Assembly (NCBI GenBank): GCA_031459915.1
Contig: JAVKHO010000022.1
Coordinates: forward strand, 1 to 39,653
DNA from: Candidatus Tepidifontimicrobium thermophilum
GTDB taxonomy: Bacteria; Sysuimicrobiota; Sysuimicrobiia; Sysuimicrobiales; Sysuimicrobiaceae
Reading direction: 5' to 3'
Length of the DNA stretch: 39,653 nucleotides
Below are positions 8,298 through 17,203 of this stretch, in pieces (positions within the stretch are counted from its first letter, which is position 1; each line of letters starts with the position of its first letter). Both the position numbers and the translations under genes were made by a program. Below the pieces are notes generated by a model. That model saw nothing but the letters and a program-made list of their open reading frames with translations. It had not been told where the DNA came from and did not search any database.

Positions 8298-9377
8298 GTG
8301 GATGTGAGGAAGGGTGCCGTTACCCTCCGCGACGTCGCCCGCCGGGCGCGGGTGTCGGTGTCCACGGCGGCCCGGGCCCTGGGGGGCTACGGGTACGTGA
8401 GCCCCGCCACCCGCGAGCGGGTGCTCCGGGCGGCCCGCGCCCTGGACTACCACCCGAACGCCGTGGCGCGGAGCATGATCAAGGGGCGGACCCACACCCT
8501 CGGGGTTGTGGTGTCGGACAGCTCCAACCCCTTCTTCGCCGCGGTGGTCCGCGGCGTCGAAGACGTGGCCCTCCCCTACGGCTACGGGATCCTCCTGTGC
8601 AACGCAGACGAGGACCCCCGGAAGGAGGCCATGTACGTGAGCATGCTCCGCCAGAAACGGGTGGACGGGATCATCGTCTCGCCCTCCGGCGAGTCCCCTG
8701 GCGCCCTGGCGGGCCTGCTGGCCGCGGGGATCCCGGTGGTGCAAGTGGATCGCCGGGTGCGGGGGCTCGCCACCGACGCGGTCGTGGTGGACAACCGGGC
8801 GGGGGTGTTCGCGGCGGTCGAGCACTTGGTGCGGCTGGGCCACCGACGCATCGCCCTCATCGGGGGGCCCGGCCGTCTGTACACCGGTCGGGAGCGTACG
8901 CGCGCCTTCCGCGACGCCCTGCGGCGGCTCGGGCTCCCGCTGGTCGAGTCCTGGCTCCTGGAGGGGACCTTCAAAGTCGACAGCGGGTACCGCCTGGCCG
9001 CCCGGCTCTTCGAGAGTTCGCCACGCCCGACCGCGGTGTTCGTGGCGAACAACCTGATGACCATCGGTGCGCTCCTGTGGTTCAAGCAGGCGGGGGTCCG
9101 GATCCCGGACGACATCGCCGTGGTGGGGTTCGACGACATGGACTGGGCGCCCATCCTGACACCGCCTCTAACCGCGGTAGCCCAGCCCACCTTCGACCTC
9201 GGCAAGACTGCCGCCACCCTCCTCCTGGGCCGCCTGCAGGATCCGTTCCGTCCGCCCCGCCTGGTGGTCCTCCCTCCCCGTCTGGTCGTCCGCGAGTCCT
9301 GCGGCGCGCGCTTGGCCCACGTCAACCCCACAGGCTCGCGCGGCGACCCCACGCTTTCAATCCCACCGGGTCCGTAG
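8298..9377 (+). CDS. LacI-family transcriptional regulator
   Basis: HTH VTLRDVARRARVSVSTAARAL, hinge YHPNAVARSM, IPDDIAVVGFDD, PPLTAV. Start GTG at 8298 or 8304; the track start at 8052 is overextended. Confidence 0.93.
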   Translation: MDVRKGAVTLRDVARRARVSVSTAARALGGYGYVSPATRERVLRAARALDYHPNAVARSMIKGRTHTLGVVVSDSSNPFFAAVVRGVEDVALPYGYGILLCNADEDPRKEAMYVSMLRQKRVDGIIVSPSGESPGALAGLLAAGIPVVQVDRRVRGLATDAVVVDNRAGVFAAVEHLVRLGHRRIALIGGPGRLYTGRERTRAFRDALRRLGLPLVESWLLEGTFKVDSGYRLAARLFESSPRPTAVFVANNLMTIGALLWFKQAGVRIPDDIAVVGFDDMDWAPILTPPLTAVAQPTFDLGKTAATLLLGRLQDPFRPPRLVVLPPRLVVRESCGARLAHVNPTGSRGDPTLSIPPGP

Positions 9378-9393
9378 GGGGCACCGGACCCCC

Positions 9394-9422
9394 TTGAACA
9401 GCCCGGACGCTCGTGGTAGTAT
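9394..9422 (+). promoter_or_regulatory. Sigma70-type promoter for the TRAP operon
   Basis: -35 TTGAAC (9394-9399), 17-bp spacer, extended -10 TGnTAGTAT (9414-9422). Confidence 0.65.
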
Positions 9423-9438
9423 GCAAACGTTCTCACAT
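9419..9438. promoter_or_regulatory. LacI-family operator 2 (GTATGCAAACGTTCTCACAT)
   Basis: Same AACGTTnnCACA half-site as operator 1; overlaps the -10/+1 of the dctP promoter. Confidence 0.7.
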
Positions 9439-9458
9439 TTTTCCCCGGGGGTGGGAAC

Positions 9459-10436
9459 ATGGTTCGGCGCGCATTCGGAATAGCCCTGGCGCTCACGGGG
9501 CTCCTGTGGGGTGTGCCCGCGGGCGCCGTCATGGTGCTGCGGTGGGGCGAGGTCCTCCCGCCAGACCATCCTTCGGTTCAAATGGTCGAACGCATCGCGC
9601 GGAGCGTGTCCCAGCGGACTCAGGGGCACGTGCGGATCCAAGTCTTCCCCGCGGGCCAGCTGGGCACCACCCGGGACCAGATCGAGAACGTCATCGTCGG
9701 TACCCAGCAGCTCACCACAGAGGGCGCAGCCGCCATCAGCCAGTTCTTCCCTCCCCTGGGAGCCCTTGAGGCCCCCTACGCGTGGCGTGACGAGGCACAC
9801 CTGCGCGCGGTCATGAAGAGCCCCATCGCGGAGGAGCTCTCCCGGGCTTTCATCGAGAAGCGCGGGGTCCGCATCCTCGCGGCCACCTACTATGGAGTGC
9901 GCCACTTGACCACCACCCGGAAGCCCGTACGGACGGTAGCGGACCTCCGCGAGTTCAAGCTGCGGGTACCGGAGAATGAGGTGTTCGTCGCCATGGCCCG
10001 CGCGTGGGGCGCCAAGCCCACCCCTATCCCCTTCGGGGAGCTGTACCTGGCCTTGCGCCAGAACGTGGTGGAGGGCCAGGAGAACCCCTTGCCGACCATC
10101 GACGCAGCAAAGCTGTACGAGGTCCAGAAGTACGTGGTCCTCACGGGCCACATCCTCACGCCCCGGCTCATCCTCATCAACGAGCGCACGTGGCGGGCCT
10201 TGGGCCGGCCGGCCCAGCGCGCCCTCGTAGAGGCCATCGAGGAAGCCGTGGCGTGGCACAACCAGGAGATCCTGAATCGGGAGCGCACGCTGCTGGACAA
10301 GTTCCGCCAGCTGGGCATGGAGGTCATCCAGCCGGACGTGGACTCCTTCCGGCGGCCGGTTCTGGAGAGCCTGCCGAAGCAGTTCGAGGCACAGTGGGGT
10401 CCAGGACTGTTCCAGCGGATCGTGAACACCCGCTGA
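9459..10436 (+). CDS. dctP: TRAP transporter substrate-binding protein (DctP/SiaP family)
   Basis: Signal peptide; FPAGQLG; KLRVP with the carboxylate-binding Arg; PIPFGELYLAL..VVEGQENP; LYEVQKY. Confidence 0.92.
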   Translation: MVRRAFGIALALTGLLWGVPAGAVMVLRWGEVLPPDHPSVQMVERIARSVSQRTQGHVRIQVFPAGQLGTTRDQIENVIVGTQQLTTEGAAAISQFFPPLGALEAPYAWRDEAHLRAVMKSPIAEELSRAFIEKRGVRILAATYYGVRHLTTTRKPVRTVADLREFKLRVPENEVFVAMARAWGAKPTPIPFGELYLALRQNVVEGQENPLPTIDAAKLYEVQKYVVLTGHILTPRLILINERTWRALGRPAQRALVEAIEEAVAWHNQEILNRERTLLDKFRQLGMEVIQPDVDSFRRPVLESLPKQFEAQWGPGLFQRIVNTR

Positions 10437-10465
10437 AGTTGACGCGGCCGAGTCCGGTCCGATGG

Positions 10466-10960
10466 ATGCCTTCCCGCCGGATCCGTTCCGTGCCGGCGGC
10501 GGAGGTCGTCCACCGCGCCGCCTCGTGGCTCGGGGCCGTGTTGCTGTTCGCCATCTTTGTGGTGATCCTCGCGCAGGTGCTGTTCCGTTACGGCCTCGGC
10601 CGGCCGCTCGTGTGGACGGAGGAGGCGGCCCGCTACCTGTACATCTGGACCTGCTACCTGGGGGCCGCCTCGGCCTTCCGGCGTGGCACACACGTCCGGA
10701 TCGGGGCCCTGGCGGATCGCTTGCCGCTTCCCGCCCGCGCGTGGGTGTACCGGCTCGGGTTGCTGGGCACGGCGGCCTTCTCAGGTGTGCTGGTGGTGCA
10801 GGGCACCAAGCTCGCCTGGCTGTCCCACAGCACCTTGGCCATTACCTTTCCCTTACCGTGGTCGGTCATCTACGCGGCCGCGGTGCTCTCAAGCGCCCTC
10901 GTTTTTCTGTACGCGTGGGACGCGTTGCGCAGGCATGGTACGGAGGCCAGGGACCGGTGA
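10466..10960 (+). CDS. dctQ: TRAP transporter small permease
   Basis: Four TM helices; QVLFRY...WTEEAARY...HVRI motif; start approximate. Confidence 0.88.
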   Translation: MPSRRIRSVPAAEVVHRAASWLGAVLLFAIFVVILAQVLFRYGLGRPLVWTEEAARYLYIWTCYLGAASAFRRGTHVRIGALADRLPLPARAWVYRLGLLGTAAFSGVLVVQGTKLAWLSHSTLAITFPLPWSVIYAAAVLSSALVFLYAWDALRRHGTEARDR

Positions 10961-12240
10961 GCGCGGGGATCTTCTTCGTCGTCTGGCTTCTGCTGGTCGC
11001 CCTCGGACTCCCGCTGTTCGTCACCCTGGGGCTTGCCTCAACTCTTTACCTGTGGGCCCAGGGGGATGTGCTCCTGGCGGTTCCCCAGCGGGTCACGGCT
11101 GCGGCCAACTCCTTCACCCTCCTCGCGGCCCCCTTCTTCATGCTGGCGGGCATGCTGATGAACACCTCCGGGGTGACCGACCGGATCTACAAGTTCGCGG
11201 AGTGCCTGGTGGGCTGGCTCAGGGGCGGACTCGCGCACGTGAACGTGGTCGGCAGCGTGATCTTCGCGGGGATGTCCGGGTCTGCGGTGGCAGACGCGGT
11301 CGGGCTCGGCGCCATCGAGATCAAGGCGATGACGGACGAAGGGTACGAGCGGGACTTTGCAGCCGCGGTCACTGCGGCCAGCGCCACCATCGGCCCCATC
11401 ATCCCGCCGAGCGTGCCCATGCTGGTGTACGCGGTCACCGCGGACGCGTCCATCGGCCGGCTGTTTCTGGGCGGCGTGGTGCCGGGGTTGCTGATGGCGG
11501 GAGCCCTCATGGTGCAGCTTGCGTGGGTCAGCCGGCGCCGCGGCTACCCGCGCCACCCCCTGTTGACGGTGCGTACCGTGGCGGCCCGCACGTGGGCAGC
11601 GCTTCCCTCCCTCGCAACGCCCGCCATCCTGCTCGGCGGCATGCTGAGCGGCGCGTTCACCCCTACGGAAGCCGGTGCTGTGGCCGCCGCATACGCGTTG
11701 CTCCTAGGCCTGGTGATCCACCGGGAGCTGAGGGTGCGGGATCTTCCCCGGCTGTTCCTGGACACGGTGGAGGCCAACGGGGTCATCCTGATCCTCGTGA
11801 TGACCTCCTCCCTGTTCGCCTTCGTACTGGCCCGGGCCCAGGTCCCGCAGCACCTGGCCGCCTGGCTGGTCAGCCTATCCCCGAGCCCCCTCGCGTTCCT
11901 GCTGGCGGTCAACCTCTTCCTGTTGCTGGTGGGCTGCTTCCTTGAGGCTCTTGCGGCCATCATCATCCTGACCCCGGTCCTGCTCCCGGCCGCGAAGTTG
12001 CTAGGGATCGACCCGGTGCACTTCGGGGTGGTGATGGTCCTGAACCTCATGGTCGGGACGCTCACCCCACCGGTTGGGATCGTGCTGTTCGTGGTCTCCC
12101 GGGTAGCGGAGCTGCCCTTCGAAGCGGTGGTGCGCTCGACCGCACCGTTCCTGGTCCCGCTGGTCGTCGTTCTCCTTCTGATCACCGTATGGCCTGACCT
12201 GGTGCTCTTCTTGCCCCGGCTCGTGCTGGGACCATCGTGA
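10957..12240 (+). CDS. dctM: TRAP transporter large permease
   Basis: SFTLLAAPFFMLAG, GMSGSAVAD, GPIIPPS, FTPTEA, DPVHFG, LTPPVG; GTG start overlaps the dctQ TGA. Confidence 0.93.
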   Translation: MSAGIFFVVWLLLVALGLPLFVTLGLASTLYLWAQGDVLLAVPQRVTAAANSFTLLAAPFFMLAGMLMNTSGVTDRIYKFAECLVGWLRGGLAHVNVVGSVIFAGMSGSAVADAVGLGAIEIKAMTDEGYERDFAAAVTAASATIGPIIPPSVPMLVYAVTADASIGRLFLGGVVPGLLMAGALMVQLAWVSRRRGYPRHPLLTVRTVAARTWAALPSLATPAILLGGMLSGAFTPTEAGAVAAAYALLLGLVIHRELRVRDLPRLFLDTVEANGVILILVMTSSLFAFVLARAQVPQHLAAWLVSLSPSPLAFLLAVNLFLLLVGCFLEALAAIIILTPVLLPAAKLLGIDPVHFGVVMVLNLMVGTLTPPVGIVLFVVSRVAELPFEAVVRSTAPFLVPLVVVLLLITVWPDLVLFLPRLVLGPS

Positions 12241-12274
12241 GGGCTCGGACACATCAAGGGCCACATTGCGGGAG

Positions 12275-12294
12275 TCAAGAGAACGTTACCACAA
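12275..12294. promoter_or_regulatory. LacI-family operator 3 (TCAAGAGAACGTTACCACAA)
   Basis: Same AACGTTnnCACAA half-site in the dctM-tctC intergenic gap, between weak -35 TTGCGG (12266) and -10-like CACAAT (12290). Confidence 0.6.
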
Positions 12295-12312
12295 TAACGG
12301 AGGTGATGGCCG

Positions 12313-13293
12313 GTGAGAAAGGTGCAGGCGGAAGGCTGGCTGCGCGTGCTGGTCGTCGCGGTCGCGATCGGGTGGGTGACGACGGGGGTGGCGGTGGCGT
12401 ATCCTACGAAGCCGCTCACCATCATCGTCCCATGGTCTCCGGGCGGGGGAACCGACCGGACGGCCCGAGCCCTCGCGGTGGTCCTGGAGAAGGAATTCCG
12501 CTACCCGGTAGGTGTCGTAAACCGCACTGGGGGAGGTGGCGTGGTGGGCCACATGGCCACGGCCACCGCGGAGGCGGACGGCCACACGTTGGGCATGATC
12601 ACCATCGAGATCACGATGATGAGCTGGCTGGGCCTGACGCACCTCACTTTTGCCGACTACAGGCCCATCGCGCTGCTCATCAACAACCGGGCGGGCATCA
12701 CCGTCCGGGCTGACGCGCCCTGGAAGACGTACCGGGAGCTCGTGGCGTACGTGCGGGCGAATCCGGGGCGCTTGAAGGCCTCCGGGACTGCCGCCGGCGG
12801 CATCTGGGACTTGGCCCGGGTCGGTTGGCTGCTGGCCGCGGGGCTGACCCCTGACCACGTCAAGTGGGTGCCCAGCGCCGGCGCGGCGGCAGCGCTGCAG
12901 GAGCTGGTCGCGGGCGGTGTGGACATCTGCACCTGCAGCCCCGCGGAGGCTCTGCCCCTCGTGCAGGCAGGCCGGGCCCGGGTCCTGGCGGTGATGGCCG
13001 ACCGGCGGTGGCCGCCCCTGCCGAACGTACCCACCTTGAAGGAACTCGGCGTGGACTTCGAGATCGGAGGATGGGCAGGGCTCGCGGCCCCCAAAGGGAT
13101 TCCCGACTCCGTGGCTGCGGCGCTGGACGCCGCAGTAGGCCGGGCGGTGCGCTCGCCGGAGTTCGCCGAGTTCATCCGGACCAGCGGGTTCTGGTTCGAC
13201 TACAAGAACTCCCAGGAGTTCTCGAGGTTTTTGGCCAAGGAACACGTGAAGAACGGCAAGCTCCTGAGGGAGGGTGGGTTCGTCACCCGCTAG
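12313..13293 (+). CDS. tctC: Tripartite tricarboxylate transporter substrate-binding protein (Bug/TctC family)
   Basis: YPTKPLTIIVPWSPGGGTDRTAR, VVNRTGGGG, DGHTL, LPNVPTLKELG, APKGIP; signal peptide; GGAGGT RBS. Confidence 0.92.
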   Translation: MRKVQAEGWLRVLVVAVAIGWVTTGVAVAYPTKPLTIIVPWSPGGGTDRTARALAVVLEKEFRYPVGVVNRTGGGGVVGHMATATAEADGHTLGMITIEITMMSWLGLTHLTFADYRPIALLINNRAGITVRADAPWKTYRELVAYVRANPGRLKASGTAAGGIWDLARVGWLLAAGLTPDHVKWVPSAGAAAALQELVAGGVDICTCSPAEALPLVQAGRARVLAVMADRRWPPLPNVPTLKELGVDFEIGGWAGLAAPKGIPDSVAAALDAAVGRAVRSPEFAEFIRTSGFWFDYKNSQEFSRFLAKEHVKNGKLLREGGFVTR

Positions 13294-13357
13294 GAACGAG
13301 GGGACAGGTGGCGGCAGAAGCACGGGGCGTTCCAGGCACCTCGGTGCGGCCCGGCAG

Positions 13358-13813
13358 GTGCGTCGCGCGGTGCGGTTAGGGGAGGCGGCCGCGGGAGTGG
13401 TGCTGGCGGCGGCGGGTGTTTACGCGGCGGCCGCGGGCTCTGCGTTTCCCCGCCTTGCCGGAGGCTATCCGGGCCCCGGGCTGTTCCCCCAGATTCTGGG
13501 GCTGCTGCTGGTGGCCTGCGGGATCGCGGTCGTGTGGGGCGCCCGGGGCCCGACTGCGGAGGCAGGCCGCGGGTACGAGCGCAGGGAACTCCTCCACGCG
13601 GCAGAGGCGGTGGTGGCGGTGGTGGTCTACATCGCCGTCGTGAACCGGCTCGGGTTCGTCCCCACGGTGGGCATCCTACTGACCTTACTCATGGCCAGGC
13701 TTGGTGTCAGCCTCGCTCGGGCAGTTCCTGTCGCCTTCGGGCTCGCGGTGGGCCTGTACCTGCTCTTCGGCCGGCTCCTGCGGGTGCCCCTGCCCCCCGG
13801 CCTGCTGAGTTGA
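13358..13813 (+). CDS. tctB: Tripartite tricarboxylate transporter small permease TctB
   Basis: GPGLFP motif, four TM helices, C-terminal LFGRLLRVPLPPG; start approximate. Confidence 0.85.
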   Translation: MRRAVRLGEAAAGVVLAAAGVYAAAAGSAFPRLAGGYPGPGLFPQILGLLLVACGIAVVWGARGPTAEAGRGYERRELLHAAEAVVAVVVYIAVVNRLGFVPTVGILLTLLMARLGVSLARAVPVAFGLAVGLYLLFGRLLRVPLPPGLLS

Positions 13814-15354
13814 TGGCCGCCATGGACGCTGTGGCCCGTGCCCTCCTCCTGCTGTTTCAGCCCCAGGTTCTGGCCGTGATCCTGGTTGCGGCGCTGTACG
13901 GACTGTTCGTCGGCGCGATTCCCGGGCTCACTGTCACCATGGCGGTCGCACTGTTTGTCCCCTTCGCCATGTTTTTGGACCCGGTCTCCGCCCTCGCGGC
14001 TATCGTCACCCTCCAGGCCATGGGGATCTTCGCCGGCGACATCCCCGCTGCACTGGTCCGGATGCCCGGCACGCCTGCGTCGGCCGCTTACGTGAGCGAC
14101 TCCTACGCTCTGACGCGACAGGGCCAGGGCCGGTTGGTACTGGGAGTGGACGTCCTCGCTTCGAGCTTCGGTGGACTCCTGGGAGCGGTAGCCCTCATGG
14201 TGGGCGCTCCCGTCCTCGCAGAGTTTGCCCTGGGGTTCAGCAGTTACGAGTACTTCTGGCTGGCCGTCCTGGGACTCAGCAGTACCGCGTTCGTCGCTTC
14301 CGCATCTCCGGCCAAGGGCGCGGCCTCCGTCACGCTGGGGCTCCTCCTGGCCACGGTGGGCATCGACATTACCCTCGGGTTCCCACGTTTCACGTTCGGG
14401 ATCCCCGAGCTGCTGGACGGGGTAGGCTTCATCCCCGCCATGATCGGCCTGTTCGGCTTCAGCGAGGTGTTACGGGGAGTGGCGGCAGGGCGGGCCCACC
14501 TCTCCTACGCGCCCATCGAACCCGCGCCCGTGTTCGTGCGGGCCCTGCGGGAGCTTTGGCGCCACCGGGTGCAGGCGCTCCGCGGGGGACTGGTCGGGCT
14601 GATCACCGGCGTGCTGCCCGGTGCGGGAGCGGACATCGGCGCGTGGCTGGCGTACGGCGTTTCGAAGCGGTTCTCCAAACGGCCCGACCGGTACGGCCGC
14701 GGGTCCATGGAGGCCATCGTCGAGTCGGGCGTGGCGAACAACTCAGACCTGGCGGCGGAGTGGATCCCCACCCTGGTGTTCGGCATCCCCGGGGATTCCT
14801 TCACTGCCGTGGTTCTCGGCATCCTCATGATGAAGGGCATGCGGCCGGGGCCCGCTGTCCTGCACGACTACCGGGACGTCCTGATGGCGGTCTACATGGC
14901 CTTCGTGCTGGCCAACCTGCTCATGGTGCCGCTCGGGTTCGCGGCTATCCGGGCCAGTACACACATCCTGCGGGTCCCGCGGAACGTCTTGCTGCCCGCC
15001 ATCGCCGCGGTCTGTGTGGTCGGCGCGTTCGCCATCAACAACAGCCTGTTCGACGTAGGCGTGATGCTGGTCATGGGGGTCCTCGGGTTCGCCCTGGAGT
15101 CTGTGGGATTCCCCGTGGCCCCCGTGGTTCTGGGCTTGGTCTTGGGCCCCCTCGTGGAGCAGAATTTCATGATCAGCCTGATCAAGAGCGAGGGGCACCT
15201 GATGGCGTTCGTATCACGTCCCGTGAGCCTCGTGCTGGCGCTGCTCACCTTCGCCGTGTGGGCGCTGCCTGTCGTGAGCTGGACCCGCACCCGTCTGGGT
15301 CCTGCGGTCGCGAAACCGTCCGCAAGAACCGTCTCGGGGGGATCCGATGCTTGA
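13813..15354 (+). CDS. tctA: Tripartite tricarboxylate transporter large permease TctA
   Basis: GAIPGL, MPGTPAS, GVLPGAG, ESGVANN, PTLVFGIPG, PGP, LGLVLGPLVEQN; ATG overlaps the tctB TGA. Confidence 0.92.
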   Translation: MAAMDAVARALLLLFQPQVLAVILVAALYGLFVGAIPGLTVTMAVALFVPFAMFLDPVSALAAIVTLQAMGIFAGDIPAALVRMPGTPASAAYVSDSYALTRQGQGRLVLGVDVLASSFGGLLGAVALMVGAPVLAEFALGFSSYEYFWLAVLGLSSTAFVASASPAKGAASVTLGLLLATVGIDITLGFPRFTFGIPELLDGVGFIPAMIGLFGFSEVLRGVAAGRAHLSYAPIEPAPVFVRALRELWRHRVQALRGGLVGLITGVLPGAGADIGAWLAYGVSKRFSKRPDRYGRGSMEAIVESGVANNSDLAAEWIPTLVFGIPGDSFTAVVLGILMMKGMRPGPAVLHDYRDVLMAVYMAFVLANLLMVPLGFAAIRASTHILRVPRNVLLPAIAAVCVVGAFAINNSLFDVGVMLVMGVLGFALESVGFPVAPVVLGLVLGPLVEQNFMISLIKSEGHLMAFVSRPVSLVLALLTFAVWALPVVSWTRTRLGPAVAKPSARTVSGGSDA

Positions 15355-16267
15355 CCCACAGCAGCTGCGGGGCATCGTGGTCCCGATGGCCACTCCGCTG
15401 GAACGGGACGGCCGGAGGGTCAACCCCACCGGAGTCCGGGAGCTGGTCGAGCACCTGGTCGGGGGCGGCGTGCACGCGGTGTTCGTAGCCGGGACCACCG
15501 GCGAAGGCCCGGCTCTGGAGGTACAGGAGTGGGCCCGCCTGGTGCGGACAGCGGTGGAGTCCGTCCGCGGCCGCGTGCCCGTGCTGGCGGGAGTGCTGGC
15601 TCCCGCTACCGGTCCGGCGGTGGCTCTCGCTCGCACGGCGGCAGAGTTGGGCGCCGACGCGGTGGTGGCCACCGCACCGTACTACTACCCTTATTCCGAC
15701 GACGAGATCCTCTTCCACCTCCGGGCGGTGGCCGACGCTGCGGAGCTTCCCGTACTGCTCTACAACATCCCGCAGAACACGCGGAACGCCGTCTCAATGG
15801 GGCTGTGCGAGCAGCTGGCGGGGTCGCCTGAGTTCGTTGGGCTGAAGGACTCCTCCGGGGACCTGGATAGCTTCCGAGCGTGGGCGCCCGCCCTGCGGCG
15901 CCAAGACCCCGACTTCCGCCTGCTGCTGGGGACCGACCACCTGCTGGACGTGGCGATCCTGCTGGGGGCAGACGGGGTGGTCCCTTCCCTGGCGAACGTG
16001 GTCCCGCGTCTGCTGGTGGAGGCCTTCGAGGCCGCCTCTGCAGGAGACCGCGTGGGGTGCTCGTCGAAGATCGGGAGGATCACTCAGCTGATGGCGCTCT
16101 ACAGGGTCCGCGCGCCCCAGCAGGCGGGGATTGTCACGGGGATCAAGTGCGCCCTGGAGGCCCTCGGCCTGCCGGCGGGCCCGCCTGCAGCACCCAGCCT
16201 GCCGCCCCAGGACCGCGAGCGACGCGCGGTAGCAGACGTCCTGCGCCGGCTGGAGGTGACGACCTGA
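15347..16267 (+). CDS. DHDPS/N-acetylneuraminate lyase family class I aldolase (not DapA)
   Basis: GTTGE, APYYY, Schiff-base KDSSGD. YNIPQNT lacks the DapA Arg (compare YNIPGRT in the true dapA at 22224); GTD sugar-binding-like motif. Confidence 0.88.
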   Translation: MLDPQQLRGIVVPMATPLERDGRRVNPTGVRELVEHLVGGGVHAVFVAGTTGEGPALEVQEWARLVRTAVESVRGRVPVLAGVLAPATGPAVALARTAAELGADAVVATAPYYYPYSDDEILFHLRAVADAAELPVLLYNIPQNTRNAVSMGLCEQLAGSPEFVGLKDSSGDLDSFRAWAPALRRQDPDFRLLLGTDHLLDVAILLGADGVVPSLANVVPRLLVEAFEAASAGDRVGCSSKIGRITQLMALYRVRAPQQAGIVTGIKCALEALGLPAGPPAAPSLPPQDRERRAVADVLRRLEVTT

Positions 16268-16275
16268 CCGGCCCG

Positions 16276-17190
16276 ATGCTCCGGGTGTGCGTCGTCGGCA
16301 GCCTCAATATGGACCTCGTAGTGAAGGTGCCGCACCTGCCCCAGGTGGGGGAGACGGTGACCGGCGGCGTGTTCAGTACCTTCCCCGGCGGGAAGGGCGC
16401 GAACCAAGCGGTGGGCGCGGCCCGGCTGGGAGCCTGCGTGACCATGGTAGGGCGGGTGGGCGCAGATCCGTTTGGCGCGCAGCTCGTAGACGCGTTGCGA
16501 CGGGAGGGCGTGGACGTGGCCGCGGTCGGTACAGATCCGGAATCCCCGACCGGGATTGCGGCCATCGGGGTGGACGAGCAGGGCCGGAACCTCATCCTCG
16601 TGGCCCCGGGAGCGAACGCCCGCCTGCTGCCCCATGACGTGGGCGAAGCGGTGATCGCGCGAAGCCAGGTGCTCCTGCTCCAGCTGGAGATCCCCACGGT
16701 CACGGTCCTCCACGCGGCGCGAGTCGCCCGGCGCCACGGCGCGTGGGTCTGTTTGGACCCCGCCCCCGCGGCTCCTCTGCCCGAGGAGCTGTACCGGCTG
16801 GTCGACGTGCTGAACCCCAACGAGGTGGAGGCCGCAGCGCTCACGGGCATTTCCATCCGGACCCTGGAGGACGCCCAGCGGGCCGCCCGCAGGTTGCTGG
16901 ATCGCGGGCCGCGTCACGTGGTGGTCAAGCTGGGTGACCGGGGCAGCTACTACCTGTCCTCTGACGAGGCCGGGCACGTCCCCGCGCTCGGGGTGAAGGC
17001 CGTGGACACCACCGCGGCGGGGGACGTCTTCGCGGCCGCGCTGGGGGTCGCCCTGGGCGAAGGGCGTTCCCTTCGTGAGTCGGTCCAGTTCGCCAGTTGC
17101 GCCGCGGCCCTGAAGGTCACGCGCATGGGCGCGCAGTCCATGCCGTCCCGCGAAGAGGTAGAAGCGGTCCTCCGGCAGGTAACCGTTTGA
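16276..17190 (+). CDS. rbsK: Ribokinase (PfkB family)
   Basis: VVGSLNMDLV, PGGKGANQAVGAARLG, LLQLEIP, PNEVEA, DTTAAGD. Confidence 0.88.
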   Translation: MLRVCVVGSLNMDLVVKVPHLPQVGETVTGGVFSTFPGGKGANQAVGAARLGACVTMVGRVGADPFGAQLVDALRREGVDVAAVGTDPESPTGIAAIGVDEQGRNLILVAPGANARLLPHDVGEAVIARSQVLLLQLEIPTVTVLHAARVARRHGAWVCLDPAPAAPLPEELYRLVDVLNPNEVEAAALTGISIRTLEDAQRAARRLLDRGPRHVVVKLGDRGSYYLSSDEAGHVPALGVKAVDTTAAGDVFAAALGVALGEGRSLRESVQFASCAAALKVTRMGAQSMPSREEVEAVLRQVTV

Positions 17191-17203
17191 CCTCGGCCGC
17201 AGC

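Noticed and set aside
6617..9397. 926-aa plus-strand ORF and other long antisense or alternate-frame ORFs (e.g. 2056-3552, 20713-22095, 24136-25755, 30350-32098, 34452-36197)
   Set aside because: Shadow ORFs of high-GC coding DNA: they overlap well-supported genes and are R/P/G/H/V-rich with no family motifs.
15347..16267. Second dapA, or a canonical nanA sialic-acid operon
   Set aside because: It lacks the DapA Arg motif and a true dapA lies at 22224; no nanK/nanE/nagA genes are in the window.
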